This document shows, one piece after another, positions 25,971 through 36,763 of a stretch of DNA of 47,144 nucleotides (positions are counted from its first letter, which is position 1; every line of letters begins with the position of its first letter). The notes beneath the pieces were generated by a model. That model saw only the letters and a list, made by a program, of their open reading frames with translations, was not told the origin of the DNA and searched no databases. The stretch comes from a virus: positions 1 to 47,144 of IMG/VR virus record IMGVR_UViG_3300045988_159385; one strand, written 5' to 3'. A program made the translations under genes and the position numbers.

Positions 25971-26237
25971 TTACGTTTGTAGCGCAGTAATGTGAATATT
26001 AATTCCACTTCCTTGCGCATCTAGTTTTTTTGTAAAAATAATATTATCTAATATCTTTGTTTCATCTGCTTCTAGCGCAAATTTAAAAGCTACACTATCG
26101 AATTTTAGTGTAGCTTCTGACTTTGCACCTGTATTATGCAGTATTATAGTTTTTACTATAGCTCCTTTAGAGTTAGAATATAGATTTTCTTCTTGTACAG
26201 ACAATGTTTTATTAGCAAGTATTATAAACTCTTCCAT
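25971..26237 (-). CDS. Small structural protein (88 aa)
   Basis: ORF between Tal and the receptor-binding gene. Confidence 0.35.
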   Translation of the reverse strand: MEEFIILANKTLSVQEENLYSNSKGAIVKTIILHNTGAKSEATLKFDSVAFKFALEADETKILDNIIFTKKLDAQGSGINIHITALQT

Positions 26238-27659
26238 CTACCATACCCCCAGCAAAATTCTTTTCTTAATTTTTTCTATTCTTTCAGTATTAGAAGAAAC
26301 TACAGGCTCTAAACTTGCGACTTTACTCGCAACTTCTTTAGTTGCATTTATATTAGTTTCTAGCGCTTTATTTATATCTGATACATTTGTATTTGTAGAA
26401 TTTAAAATTTTTATAGTATCATTAAGCGAGTCAACAGTTGTATTTAATGTGCTATTAACATTTCCAACTACCTTTACAGTTGTTGATACAGTTTCTTGAA
26501 CTCTAGTAATACTTTTTTCATTTTTAAGTGCTTTTAACTGATATTCTTTTATATCTTCAAATTTATCCCCAATAGTAAGTGTTGAATCGTATGGAGAGCC
26601 TATATCTATAGTTTTTTCTATAACTCTAAGGTCTTCATCTATCCCCATTAACGGATTAATAAGTCTATAAGTATTACCCACCTCAAAAGAATCGATGTCC
26701 ATATTTATAACAGATAAATCTAATGCAGTTATATTATGTTTTTTCCTAATTTTATTATTTGCCGATAAAAACGCCTTCCCTTTTGAAAGCAAGTTGATTG
26801 GGAGAGTTACATCGTCCCAAATTTCAGTATTAACAATTACCCCAAACTCTTTAATAGCTTCTTGATCATCAATATAGATACTCTTATCATTAACCTCTGA
26901 TATAGTAATTCTTTCTTCACTATTTTCACGCTTGGCACCTAAAGGAATAAGTCTTGTAATAATGCTGCTTGGATCACGCTCCTGTTCTACTGTAACAAGA
27001 TTCTTACTAAGTCTAACTTCCGTAGCTGATGTTTTCCCAATAGCTTTAACAAAATCTAAGTATCTAACATTATTTTCATATCTGACACGAAGTTCCCCGC
27101 CTAATCGGTCTATTAATTTATCTTTTATAGATTCAAAAGTTTTTTCGTAATTCAGAAATCTATATAAACTATCATTAGAGTCCTCAACATTGACATTACC
27201 AACTACAAACTTTTTATCTGCCGAAACTTGAGAGTTATGATTATTAATTAGCAATTCCAAGAAGCCTTTAACAGTAATGTTGTGATATTCACCGTAAGGT
27301 TGAATAGAATCCATCAGGTATCCCATTTCACTCTCACAAATTACAGTTTTTTTTAATAACCCATCTTTATCCATCGAAGGAGTTGATAATAAAACTCTAC
27401 CTTTGAAAATTATTTTATTAGTTTTTGTATTTAATATCTCTACTAAAGTTCTTAAATTATAGATAGAGTTGAATCCGTGATTGTTAGGGAAAATTGAAAA
27501 ACTGAAGCTATCAATAGAGTTGATTCCAAATTTACACTTCCCCGAAATTCTAGGGGCATTTATATTAGTAGATACTGCATTTATTATCTTTTCGTCAGCT
27601 CCATTTATGATTTTAACCTCATACATATCATAACACCTCCTTAAACCACTTAAATTCAA
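26238..27659 (-). CDS. Tail-associated lysin or tail tip protein (Tal, prophage endopeptidase-tail-like N-terminus)
   Basis: 473 aa, directly after Dit. Confidence 0.5.
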   Translation of the reverse strand: MNLSGLRRCYDMYEVKIINGADEKIINAVSTNINAPRISGKCKFGINSIDSFSFSIFPNNHGFNSIYNLRTLVEILNTKTNKIIFKGRVLLSTPSMDKDGLLKKTVICESEMGYLMDSIQPYGEYHNITVKGFLELLINNHNSQVSADKKFVVGNVNVEDSNDSLYRFLNYEKTFESIKDKLIDRLGGELRVRYENNVRYLDFVKAIGKTSATEVRLSKNLVTVEQERDPSSIITRLIPLGAKRENSEERITISEVNDKSIYIDDQEAIKEFGVIVNTEIWDDVTLPINLLSKGKAFLSANNKIRKKHNITALDLSVINMDIDSFEVGNTYRLINPLMGIDEDLRVIEKTIDIGSPYDSTLTIGDKFEDIKEYQLKALKNEKSITRVQETVSTTVKVVGNVNSTLNTTVDSLNDTIKILNSTNTNVSDINKALETNINATKEVASKVASLEPVVSSNTERIEKIKKRILLGVW

Positions 27660-28335
27660 CTTTGCCTGTACCCTTTACCGTCATTTTGTTAAGTCCTTTA
27701 TTTAATTTAAAATTCCAACTTTCATTTTCTCCTGCTTTAAAATTATATGTGATCCCATCTTTTTCGATAATCATGTTGGAACTACATACAACTATTGGAT
27801 TAGAGGAGACAGTACCTACGTTATACAACTCAATAGTTTCAATTCCTTGCACATTAAACACAACAAATTGTGTAACATCTAGTTCAAAATTAAACTCATC
27901 CCAAATATCATGCCCCTCTTGTAGCTTAGAAATTTTAAATGGATATGCCGTAAAAGTTACAGTTATATTAGTACCATTGTAGTATTCATCAAAATCAACA
28001 GAATCAGAGCAGTCAACTAGAAAATGATATCCAGGAATTAAATCATCATATAATTTTTCTTTAATGCCACTTGTAAGCCATTCAAGTATTTGAATTTTTT
28101 TATTCATATATTCAATTTTATTCTCATAAAACAAGTCAAATTTATATGTTAAAGTTCTATTTTCATAAATCTGATCACCATAAATCAAGCTGAAATCATA
28201 ATCCCCATTCATAAAAGGGACTGATGCTTTAATTTTTTTCTTCGCTGGTGAATCAATATCCCTTGAGATGATTCTTAATCCGAAATCATTATAGCTATGC
28301 TTGTTATTTAAAGTTATTCCATCAACATTAAGCAA
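27628..28335 (-). CDS. Distal tail protein (Dit)
   Basis: 235 aa, directly downstream of the tape measure gene. Confidence 0.5.
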   Translation of the reverse strand: MLNVDGITLNNKHSYNDFGLRIISRDIDSPAKKKIKASVPFMNGDYDFSLIYGDQIYENRTLTYKFDLFYENKIEYMNKKIQILEWLTSGIKEKLYDDLIPGYHFLVDCSDSVDFDEYYNGTNITVTFTAYPFKISKLQEGHDIWDEFNFELDVTQFVVFNVQGIETIELYNVGTVSSNPIVVCSSNMIIEKDGITYNFKAGENESWNFKLNKGLNKMTVKGTGKVEFKWFKEVL

Positions 28336-31063
28336 AAACTAACCCCCTTCTTGATAAATTTAATCTCTGCCCACTTAATTTATCGCTGTACGGAGCAGTT
28401 ACTTCAGCCACATTTTTCCCGTCGATTTGAACCGGAACATTTATTGTTATTTCTCTTTGTTCATCTCTACTGTTAGAAACTGAACCTGAGCTATTAACAG
28501 TTGTGTAATTATTAGTTATATTTGTTCCATTAGCAACAGAAGTCCCCATGACATCGGATGTTACATCAACTAAAGCAGTTAGATTTATAGAATCAACGAA
28601 ACTATTAAATTCGGAATTAATATCCTGTTCAACGTCTGCAAATTCATCTTCAAAACCAACGCCAAAACCTTCAGCGACAAAACCCCCTATGCTTTTAAAA
28701 ACCCTAGACGGAGAATGTATATCAAAAATACCTTTTACGGTTGACACTATACCACTAAACATTCCTTTAACTTTGTCTGTAAGCCATCCTATTTTTTCAA
28801 CAAGCCCATTGTATAGGCCCGAAATAATATCCCGTCCGATTTGCACAACTTGTCCAGGAATAGACATTAATCCATTAATTATTGAACTTCCAATCTGAAA
28901 AATAGCAGAAACAATATTCCCTACAGAAGATACAATTCCAGAAGCTAGATAACCAATCAAAGCTACCCCAGTTGTAAGCATGTCCCCTGTGAATTTCATT
29001 AAACTAGAAATAATTTGCCAACCAATACTTACAATAGCCCCTAAAAGATTAGGAACGGCTTGAATAAGCCCATTTATTAAGTTATAAATAAACTCTGTAC
29101 CAGCCTGTAGAAAATCTGCACAAAAAGATAAAGAAGTATCCATTAAGTTTCCCAATATAGTACCCATATTGTCCAATAAAGTAGGAAGGCAATTTAAAAG
29201 CCCTTGTCCTAGAGCTACAATTAATTGCAGTCCTGCCTCTATAAGCTGTGGCAAATGTTCTAGTATTTTATTTATTAAAGCAACCATTATTTCAGCCACT
29301 GCTGGTAATAAAACTGGTAGAGCAGCAATTAACCCATTAACTAAAGATAATATTATATCTACTCCAGAATTTACTACATTTCCCAAGAAAGATACAACAG
29401 AGTTAACAAAAGTATTAACAGTATCATTCCCACATTGACTTACTGTTTGTAGCGATGTAGCTATAGCTCCAACCAAGCTTGAGATGATATTAATTCCTAG
29501 CTCAACAACGTTAGGGAGTATAGTTACAATCCCGTTAATTAGCGTAGCCATTATTTCAACTCCGGAGGAAGCAATTATATCTGCATTAGAATTTAAGCCA
29601 CTTAAAAAAGTATTTATAGTATCTATAGCAACTTGCATAAATTTAGGAATATCTCCAGCTAATTTAGTTAGTAGACTAGCCGAAATATTCCCCAATTCAT
29701 TAGCAAATCCTCTAAATCCATCAGTTTTAAAGGCTGCATTTAACTGCCCTACATATCCAGTCAGTTCTTGCACAAGTCCTCTTATATAAGTATCTTGCGT
29801 TTCCGCTATAGATATTCCTAAGCCCTCTAATGCACTACCTAAGATGATTATATCGCCTTTAAGATTGTCGTTAAGCGTTTTTGCCATATCAGCAGCAGCA
29901 CCATCACAGTCGGCTATCTTTGCAGCAAGGTCATCCCAGGCAGTTCCGTTTTCATTAAGCACAGAATTAAGTCCTTGATATATTGTTCCGGCTTCTTCTG
30001 CATTAACACCAGTTAACTCCATTATTTTATTAATATTTTCTTCAGCAGTTGCCGCAGTGTCAAAATTATCTGCTAAATCAGTTAAAGATATATTAAATGA
30101 ATTTGTTTCTATTCCTGCACTAGATAAAGCAACCTCTAAATCATCCATGTTTCTTGAAGTTGCAGCAATTAAAGAATTAACGGAAGCTATATCTGTTTTG
30201 TTAAATACTTTAGAAATCCATGCTATCCTTTCACCTTGTGTCATTGTTGCAAGTTGCCCATTAATATCTTCAAAAATCTCATTTAAAGGCCTCATTGCTC
30301 CAGTCGCTTCATCAAATACATTTACTGTTTCAAGCATTGCCGCCGCCGCATCAGTTGATGGAGCTGTTAAAGATAAAATTATATTTCTAAGTCTAATACC
30401 ACCATCTTCTGCCTTTATACCTACATTCGCAAATAAGCCAAGTGCTGTATTCATTTCAGTTATGCCGCCACTAAGAAAAGTTGCAGTATTACCAACTTTT
30501 AAAATAGCTTTCCCTAACATTTCTACAGTAGTATTACTTTTTTGAGATGTGCGGGCCATTTGATCTATAAGCTTATCTACGTCTTTACCTTCTAATAATA
30601 AAGCACTACAGGCATCTGTAACTAAATCCGTAGCAGTTGCCAAATCTAAACCACCAGCAGCCGCTAAATTTAAAGTTTTTGGGAGCAGTTCTACTGCGTC
30701 ATTCGCATCATATCCAGCCAAGGCAATATAGTTAAGTGCTTCAGCAGCTTGACTAGCACTAAATTGAGTTGTTTCTCCGCATTGCTTAGCAGCATTTTTT
30801 AGCATTGTTACGGCTTCCGCCCCTGCATTAATTTCTTCTATAGTTATGCCCATAGTTGCATAGACTTTAGACATACTAGAACTAAAATCAGCACCGACAG
30901 AAACAGCCTTAACCCCTAACCCTCCAAGCACAGCAGAAACGGACATAATTGAAGTTGTAACCCCTTTGAAACTTGTATTTACAATGCTTGTTAATCTATT
31001 TAATCCCTGTTTTGCTCCGCTACTATCCAAGTCAGTATCAATTATTATTTTCCCATCAGCCAT
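28328..31063 (-). CDS. Tail tape measure protein
   Basis: 911 aa. Ala/Gly/Ile-rich and repetitive, with hydrophobic segments. Preceded by the chaperone pair. Confidence 0.85.
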   Translation of the reverse strand: MADGKIIIDTDLDSSGAKQGLNRLTSIVNTSFKGVTTSIMSVSAVLGGLGVKAVSVGADFSSSMSKVYATMGITIEEINAGAEAVTMLKNAAKQCGETTQFSASQAAEALNYIALAGYDANDAVELLPKTLNLAAAGGLDLATATDLVTDACSALLLEGKDVDKLIDQMARTSQKSNTTVEMLGKAILKVGNTATFLSGGITEMNTALGLFANVGIKAEDGGIRLRNIILSLTAPSTDAAAAMLETVNVFDEATGAMRPLNEIFEDINGQLATMTQGERIAWISKVFNKTDIASVNSLIAATSRNMDDLEVALSSAGIETNSFNISLTDLADNFDTAATAEENINKIMELTGVNAEEAGTIYQGLNSVLNENGTAWDDLAAKIADCDGAAADMAKTLNDNLKGDIIILGSALEGLGISIAETQDTYIRGLVQELTGYVGQLNAAFKTDGFRGFANELGNISASLLTKLAGDIPKFMQVAIDTINTFLSGLNSNADIIASSGVEIMATLINGIVTILPNVVELGINIISSLVGAIATSLQTVSQCGNDTVNTFVNSVVSFLGNVVNSGVDIILSLVNGLIAALPVLLPAVAEIMVALINKILEHLPQLIEAGLQLIVALGQGLLNCLPTLLDNMGTILGNLMDTSLSFCADFLQAGTEFIYNLINGLIQAVPNLLGAIVSIGWQIISSLMKFTGDMLTTGVALIGYLASGIVSSVGNIVSAIFQIGSSIINGLMSIPGQVVQIGRDIISGLYNGLVEKIGWLTDKVKGMFSGIVSTVKGIFDIHSPSRVFKSIGGFVAEGFGVGFEDEFADVEQDINSEFNSFVDSINLTALVDVTSDVMGTSVANGTNITNNYTTVNSSGSVSNSRDEQREITINVPVQIDGKNVAEVTAPYSDKLSGQRLNLSRRGLVFA

Positions 31064-31089
31064 TTTCTATCACCTTCTTTTTTTTAAAA

Positions 31090-31719
31090 TTACAATAAAC
31101 TTGCAATATCGCCCCCATTTATAAGAGCTTTTTCAAGATTATTAATTTTTTCAATTTCCTCTTTAGAATTTTTTTCTGGGATAGCAAATGTCTTCTTTAA
31201 TTGTTCATATCGCTTTTTCTCTTCTTTGTCTTTAATTTTAGAGGTATCCATATCTCTATAACCAATTATCTTAGATATTTTATTTTCTTCATCCAATCCC
31301 ATGAATAAGAAACGGAACTTCCACCAATGCAAATAATCAATTTCTTGCAAATCTATCCGGTACTGACTAAAAAAAGCTGAATATATATAAGCTTGGTCAA
31401 AGTCCCAGTCATATAAATTTTTATTTTTTTTAGAGCCTTTACTCTTATTAGAAGTGCAAAAATCATTCATAAAACTCATCGAGTAAAAATTAAACATTTG
31501 TTCAATAGCTTCAACTAAATTTGTAGGTTTCTCTTTGTAAAATAAAGATAAGCATTTTTTAATCTTATCTTCTTTACTTAATTCACAGTCCTGTAATACT
31601 TGTTCAAATAAAATAAAAACTCTAAAATCGGAATTTACTTCAATTTCTTGAGCATCAACATTAACAGTTTTAGGCAAGCCATCTATTAGAATGTTGAACA
31701 TTTCTTCTATAATTTCCAT
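31090..31719 (-). CDS. Tail assembly chaperone, downstream or extended frame (gpT-like)
   Basis: Overlaps the upstream ORF by 50 nt in the +1 frame. No SD before its ATG, consistent with expression by frameshift. Confidence 0.5.
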   Translation of the reverse strand: MEIIEEMFNILIDGLPKTVNVDAQEIEVNSDFRVFILFEQVLQDCELSKEDKIKKCLSLFYKEKPTNLVEAIEQMFNFYSMSFMNDFCTSNKSKGSKKNKNLYDWDFDQAYIYSAFFSQYRIDLQEIDYLHWWKFRFLFMGLDEENKISKIIGYRDMDTSKIKDKEEKKRYEQLKKTFAIPEKNSKEEIEKINNLEKALINGGDIASLL

Positions 31720-32053
31720 TATTTCTATTATTTTTACGCTCTAGTCTGTTAGGTGAATATTTATCAATTTGGGAAGAAGATTTCTCTAAATGCTGAGTTA
31801 ATTCTTGAAATGCACTAAGACAAATCATTAAATTAACTCTTTCACCAAATATTTTTTTATCTGTACCTTGCCCAAAAAGTTTATTGAAGCTTTCAAATAC
31901 AAAATTGCATTGTAATCTTATACTGTCAGCCAAAGAAAGCCCTTTAGCTTCACTTTCTAAAGAAACTGCTTCATTTTTAATCTCTTCCCATGCTTCTGCA
32001 ACCTCTAAATCATAGATATCTATATCCTTTAATTCAACATTGTTTATCTTCAT
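31670..32053 (-). CDS. Tail assembly chaperone (gpG-like)
   Basis: 127 aa, between the tail tube and tape measure genes. Confidence 0.55.
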   Translation of the reverse strand: MKINNVELKDIDIYDLEVAEAWEEIKNEAVSLESEAKGLSLADSIRLQCNFVFESFNKLFGQGTDKKIFGERVNLMICLSAFQELTQHLEKSSSQIDKYSPNRLERKNNRNNGNYRRNVQHSNRWLA

Positions 32054-32075
32054 GTTAATCCTCCAATGGTTTTAA

Positions 32076-32801
32076 TTATTCTATTTTTGCTTCGCCGAAA
32101 GCAACTATTTTGCTATTTGCATCTACTAATACAACAGTTATATGTGTATTACTTCCCTTTACTATATTGCTACCAATAGTTAAAGTGTCGTTAAAATTTG
32201 TCGCTGCCTCTCCTGACGCTGGGATAGGAACAGCCTTAGTATCTGCTTTGTATTTAAAAGAATACCCTGCTGGAGCCCCGATATTAGGAGTAGCAGTAAA
32301 GTTTTGACCCGAAACAACTATTGCAACTTTAAATTCTTCGATAAAATTCTTAGTAGCTACATTAAACACTCCATCCACATGGTTTCCTATCTGGTTTAAG
32401 TTACCACTTACAGTAATTTCAGCCCCACCCTCGCCTTCAAATGATGAAACTTCATTTGAAACTCTCATTTTTCTAGCAGGATAGTGGCTTGTCCCTCTTA
32501 CTTGCTCAAACAGGTCTACCCTGTAATAATCAAACTCTGCATCAACACCAGTACGTCTATTCCTCCCTGTAAGGTATAATTCATAAATTGCTTTTTCATC
32601 TTTCATAAAGTCAGAATCATAAGCGAAAACTGGTTGATAATTTGTTATTCTAGTTGTGCTATTAACTTCATTTATGTAAGTTTTTGATGAAGTTTGAGCG
32701 TTAGGTTCTTCGTTTAGAGAATTAAATCCAGCCCCCATAAACATAATCTCAGTTCCTTTTCCCAAATAATCTGCTATTTTATTTCTTAAAATTGTAGACA
32801 T
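32076..32801 (-). CDS. Major tail (tube) protein
   Basis: 241 aa beta-rich protein immediately upstream of the chaperones. Confidence 0.55.
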   Translation of the reverse strand: MSTILRNKIADYLGKGTEIMFMGAGFNSLNEEPNAQTSSKTYINEVNSTTRITNYQPVFAYDSDFMKDEKAIYELYLTGRNRRTGVDAEFDYYRVDLFEQVRGTSHYPARKMRVSNEVSSFEGEGGAEITVSGNLNQIGNHVDGVFNVATKNFIEEFKVAIVVSGQNFTATPNIGAPAGYSFKYKADTKAVPIPASGEAATNFNDTLTIGSNIVKGSNTHITVVLVDANSKIVAFGEAKIE

Positions 32802-32837
32802 TTTCTCTCTCCTTTCATGTAAAAAAAGAAAAAGGCT

Positions 32838-33269
32838 TTAAGCCTTCTTCTTGTAATAAGTTAATCTCAAGCTAATCTGGTACATACAATCTCGAACCAT
32901 TTCACTTTCATTTATTAAAATTCCATTGCTTATAATTTCAATGCTCTTTGAAGTCATACCAGTCCCCAATGTTGGAAGTTGTGAATTATAATTTTTTTGT
33001 TCAATCCAGCTTTCAAAGTTCTCAAAAAAGCCACAATTTTCAATATTTTTTATGTGGTCCTCATTGAAGGAGCTCTTTGAAACTAAAGCAAATTCATATC
33101 TTTTTATTTTATCTCCATTTATATATGTTTTTACGGTAGGAGAAACTGGTAAAGGCTCAATAGAAAAATCACCAATTTCAGTTCCCAGGTAATTAACATT
33201 TATAAATGTGTTGTTATCATTAAAAAATTTATATTCATATAAAAAATCTCTAATTTTATCAATTATCAT
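32838..33269 (-). CDS. Tail completion or tail terminator-like protein
   Basis: Position in the head-tail joining cluster. Confidence 0.3.
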   Translation of the reverse strand: MIIDKIRDFLYEYKFFNDNNTFINVNYLGTEIGDFSIEPLPVSPTVKTYINGDKIKRYEFALVSKSSFNEDHIKNIENCGFFENFESWIEQKNYNSQLPTLGTGMTSKSIEIISNGILINESEMVRDCMYQISLRLTYYKKKA

Positions 33270-33583
33270 TTAGAACGCCCTCCACAAAAATCAGCAACTT
33301 CATTAATTATTGCTTTTCCTTTACTACTCCACATTTTTTTATCCCAATAAGAATATTTTTTATGGCCATAATATTGCTTCCTAGCATAAGGCTGGTTCCA
33401 GGTAATACTATTAACCTTTACCGTTGTATCTGTTCTTAATCGTCCTGTAAGCCTAGGCACATAATTAAAGCTATATGCAGCAACTCTTTTTGTAAAATAT
33501 TCTTGTCCTTTGCCATGTTTATTTAAATGTCTTTTAAGCAAAATTTTATCGCTTGGGTCAAGATGCAATTTAACCTTAGTCAT
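33266..33583 (-). CDS. HK97 gp10-like head-tail joining protein
   Basis: C-terminal PYARKQYYGHK resembles the gp10 family. Confidence 0.4.
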   Translation of the reverse strand: MTKVKLHLDPSDKILLKRHLNKHGKGQEYFTKRVAAYSFNYVPRLTGRLRTDTTVKVNSITWNQPYARKQYYGHKKYSYWDKKMWSSKGKAIINEVADFCGGRSK

Positions 33584-33981
33584 TAGACTGCTTCAACCTC
33601 AAAGTGGCAAGGAAAATTCTTTAAGCCTTTAATGGTAAGAACTTCATAACTTGACTCAAGTTGAGTTATAGAAAAATCTGCATTAACTTCTTTTTCTACT
33701 ACATCAGCAATGATTTTATCCCCAGTACCAAACGTAAAGTATTTTTGTCTATCTTCTTCAGAAAGTTTTGCAAATTCTTTTTCTGATACATATGATTTGG
33801 CATTATTTATAGGCTTATCTATAAAAATAGAAGTGCTATAAGCAATATTTAATGTATTACTTACTGTAGCACTTCTTTTTTGCTGAACTTCAACACTTTT
33901 TAATACAGTCCTATAATATGTATAACCATTTTTGCCTTTAACTCTATTGTAAATAGTTATATTATCTTCGTTAAACATCAA
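33583..33981 (-). CDS. Head closure or head-tail adaptor protein
   Basis: Position in the cluster. Confidence 0.35.
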   Translation of the reverse strand: MMFNEDNITIYNRVKGKNGYTYYRTVLKSVEVQQKRSATVSNTLNIAYSTSIFIDKPINNAKSYVSEKEFAKLSEEDRQKYFTFGTGDKIIADVVEKEVNADFSITQLESSYEVLTIKGLKNFPCHFEVEAV

Positions 33982-34325
33982 TAAAAGCTCCTTACTTGTG
34001 GAACTCTTGTAGGAAGTAGTGCAAGGACATCTCCAGTTAAATAATTTTTATTATTTTCAACATTATAAGTAATACTTTTCTCCCCAACAGTTTTCTGTTG
34101 AATGTTGCCAACCTCTTTCATAGAGTACATTTTTGCAACAATTAATAAAATTGCTTCAGCATATTTCTCTTGTGCTCCTTCTAATGTTAACTCTTCATTT
34201 TTTAAATAATTTTTAATGATAACATAAGCTCTTTTTACATAGCGTTCTATTCTTTTATTTTCATCATCAGCTAAGGAAAGTTCGTCCTTTATTTCTGCTA
34301 ACAATGAAGTTAGTATTTTATTCAT
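33978..34325 (-). CDS. Head-tail connector (gp6-like DNA-packaging) protein
   Basis: 115-aa helical protein immediately after the capsid gene. Confidence 0.4.
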   Translation of the reverse strand: MNKILTSLLAEIKDELSLADDENKRIERYVKRAYVIIKNYLKNEELTLEGAQEKYAEAILLIVAKMYSMKEVGNIQQKTVGEKSITYNVENNKNYLTGDVLALLPTRVPQVRSFY

Positions 34326-34335
34326 AATCTATCGA

Positions 34336-35355
34336 CTATCCTATAGTTTCTTCTTTAGATTTTGCAGTAACTCTAGTAATAGCTCCAGCAACATTTAATC
34401 TACATAATTTTAATTGTTCATTTGTAATCCAAATATCATGGTATTTTCTATAATCAATTTTCCAAGCACTTGCTTGTTGGTTTACAGATGGAGAAAAAAT
34501 TCTAGGTAAATCTGTCTTACTTACAGCAATTGGGGCTGTTAATGGAGTTATCATCCAGTTTATATCTAAAGCCGCTGTTGTTTTTTCAAAACCTCCAACG
34601 CCATTAGCTTTAAATTCAAATTCAGTTTTCATTCTACCAGAAGGAACTTCAACTATAGGAACTCCATCAAAAGTTTTAACTCTTGTCATAATCTCGCCTC
34701 TTGGGAAGTCCGCAACATTCAATTGTCTTGTTATTTCATCGGCTTGCTCCAACAAAGACAGATTTAGAGATGTCATAGTAATAACTAAGGGTATATCTCC
34801 AACAACATCTCTTATAGCAGCTAAATCTGCTTTTAGCTTAGAATAAATAGTAGATTTGTCAGGAGTGTAATTACCAGTAACTATGCCTTTAGCAATTCCA
34901 GTTCCTTTATTATTACCGTTTGTAATACCTTTAACAGTTGCACCTTTATCAGCATTTGCAATAAGCATTTCTTGAGCAAGCATAGAATATCTATAAGCAT
35001 CAACTTCAGGTACAACTTTATCTCTTTGAAATTGAATTAACAATCCAGTTGCTTCTAATGAAAAATTAGTTTCATCTTCATCATTAATATCTAGCTGAAA
35101 ACTTCTTCCTCTGTCTTTCCTCATTTCTTTAGTTTGATAAGTAAATGTAACATCTCCGTTCACATATCCTGCTCCATCATTTCTATTATAATCAGCTAAT
35201 CCTTGAAGTTCCATATGAGGAATTTTGATTTCTTTTCCTCCAGTATATTTTACTTGGCCTGCATTTGCTTCCATCCAGCCCGAAGTCAGCTTTGCAGTCA
35301 TTTGCTCATCTAAATTTTTCTGAAAAACACTTGCTAATTCTAATACGTTTGCCAT
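34336..35355 (-). CDS. Major capsid protein (HK97 fold)
   Basis: 339 aa following the scaffold gene. Confidence 0.6.
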   Translation of the reverse strand: MANVLELASVFQKNLDEQMTAKLTSGWMEANAGQVKYTGGKEIKIPHMELQGLADYNRNDGAGYVNGDVTFTYQTKEMRKDRGRSFQLDINDEDETNFSLEATGLLIQFQRDKVVPEVDAYRYSMLAQEMLIANADKGATVKGITNGNNKGTGIAKGIVTGNYTPDKSTIYSKLKADLAAIRDVVGDIPLVITMTSLNLSLLEQADEITRQLNVADFPRGEIMTRVKTFDGVPIVEVPSGRMKTEFEFKANGVGGFEKTTAALDINWMITPLTAPIAVSKTDLPRIFSPSVNQQASAWKIDYRKYHDIWITNEQLKLCRLNVAGAITRVTAKSKEETIG

Positions 35356-35399
35356 TTATAAATCACCTATCCTTTATTTTTTTAAAAATTTCATTGTTT

Positions 35400-35990
35400 C
35401 TATTTTTTAAACATTTGTGTTATCTGACTATATAAGCTAGTCGTTGAATCATCTCCATCTGGGGGAGTATATGAGCCACTTGCCATCACAGTTTTAACTT
35501 GGTCACTAACTATGTCGTTTACAAAAACACTTAAATTATTTATAGTGTTATTCATTGATTCATCATCATCACCAAGATTTATGTATGGTAATAACTCTGT
35601 TTTTAAGCCTTTAGCAGTTAATAAATCTTTTGCTTTACTTTCTCTTAAAATCTTTGCATTTTTAGCTTTTTCCTGCTCCATTTCAGCCTTCATCTTATCC
35701 ATTTCAATTTGCCAAGGTTCTTTATTCTTACCAGTAGCATCTAAAACAGCCTTATCAATTAATTTTTGAAGGTTATTATCCTTCCAAGTCTTAATTCCTG
35801 CTGTAACTTTAGAATCAGCAAATTTTTGAAGATACATTTTTCCATCTTCCTTATTTTCTAAGTAAGATTTTACTGAATCAAAACTCACTTCCTGTAATGA
35901 CTTTAATTGTTCATTATTTTTTAATATTTCTAAAACATTATCATCATTTTCTAATGATGACACTAAATTTAATAATTCACTTTTTTTCAT
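35400..35990 (-). CDS. Scaffolding protein
   Basis: 196-aa acidic helical protein between the gp7-like and capsid genes. Confidence 0.5.
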   Translation of the reverse strand: MKKSELLNLVSSLENDDNVLEILKNNEQLKSLQEVSFDSVKSYLENKEDGKMYLQKFADSKVTAGIKTWKDNNLQKLIDKAVLDATGKNKEPWQIEMDKMKAEMEQEKAKNAKILRESKAKDLLTAKGLKTELLPYINLGDDDESMNNTINNLSVFVNDIVSDQVKTVMASGSYTPPDGDDSTTSLYSQITQMFKK

Positions 35991-36035
35991 CTATACTCCT
36001 CCCCTGCCAAGTTCAAAGCCCTTAGCAGTTAAAAA

Positions 36036-36761
36036 TTATTCTTTAATTTCATAATAGCAGCGGCAATTGGGATGCTGTGGAATTACAGGTTTATCTTCTA
36101 AATTAAATATAGTTCCATGTAAACTTTCACAAACCTCACAAGTTCCTTTATCTAACTCAGCATTATATGTAACCTTTTTCACTCCCAATTTCTTAAATTG
36201 CACATTATTTATTTCATTTATAACTCTACTTATTTCAGTATTAACTAATCTTTTAACATTTGAAGCATTAGTATTGAAATGCTTTTTTATAATATTTTCT
36301 ATATCATTTACAGATATAGAGCTATTAAAAAAGTCATTCATATTTTTTTGCATAAGCTTTGAAACTTCATTTATATTACTCCAAATTCGTTCACTATATA
36401 TTTCGCCTTTAAAAGTTGAATTAACTATTTTATTTATATCATTCCTTGAAATAATAGCTTCATCAAAAAAATCACCTACTTTTGTAGCTGCATTAGTTAA
36501 TATTTCTGTAGTTTTTTCTTTTTCTATCTCTATCAAGCCATTAAAAGTATTTTTCAATTCCTTGTTAAAGTCATTTTTTATTTTTTGTTTCTCTTTTGCT
36601 GTAACTTTTAAAAAGCTATCAGCAATTTTATAAGTAAGCATTATTCTAGCAACTTTATTAAGCAGCTTTTCCCTTGCTTCCTTCTCTTCTTTATATATGT
36701 CATTAAGAAATACATCAGCTTCTTCATAAATTTCTTCAATTAATTCATTAAATTCATTCAT
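36036..36761 (-). CDS. Head morphogenesis protein (SPP1 gp7 / Mu F family)
   Basis: C-terminal CEVCESL...HPNCRCYY motif. Confidence 0.7.
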   Translation of the reverse strand: MNEFNELIEEIYEEADVFLNDIYKEEKEAREKLLNKVARIMLTYKIADSFLKVTAKEKQKIKNDFNKELKNTFNGLIEIEKEKTTEILTNAATKVGDFFDEAIISRNDINKIVNSTFKGEIYSERIWSNINEVSKLMQKNMNDFFNSSISVNDIENIIKKHFNTNASNVKRLVNTEISRVINEINNVQFKKLGVKKVTYNAELDKGTCEVCESLHGTIFNLEDKPVIPQHPNCRCYYEIKE

Positions 36762-36763
36762 TC

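Noticed and set aside
28548-30545. Several plus-strand ORFs (28548..28898, 29169..29438, 29484..29789, 30057..30545) inside the tape measure gene
   Set aside because: They are antisense frames within a 911-aa gene of clear function. They have no SD and their composition reflects the sense strand's codon bias.
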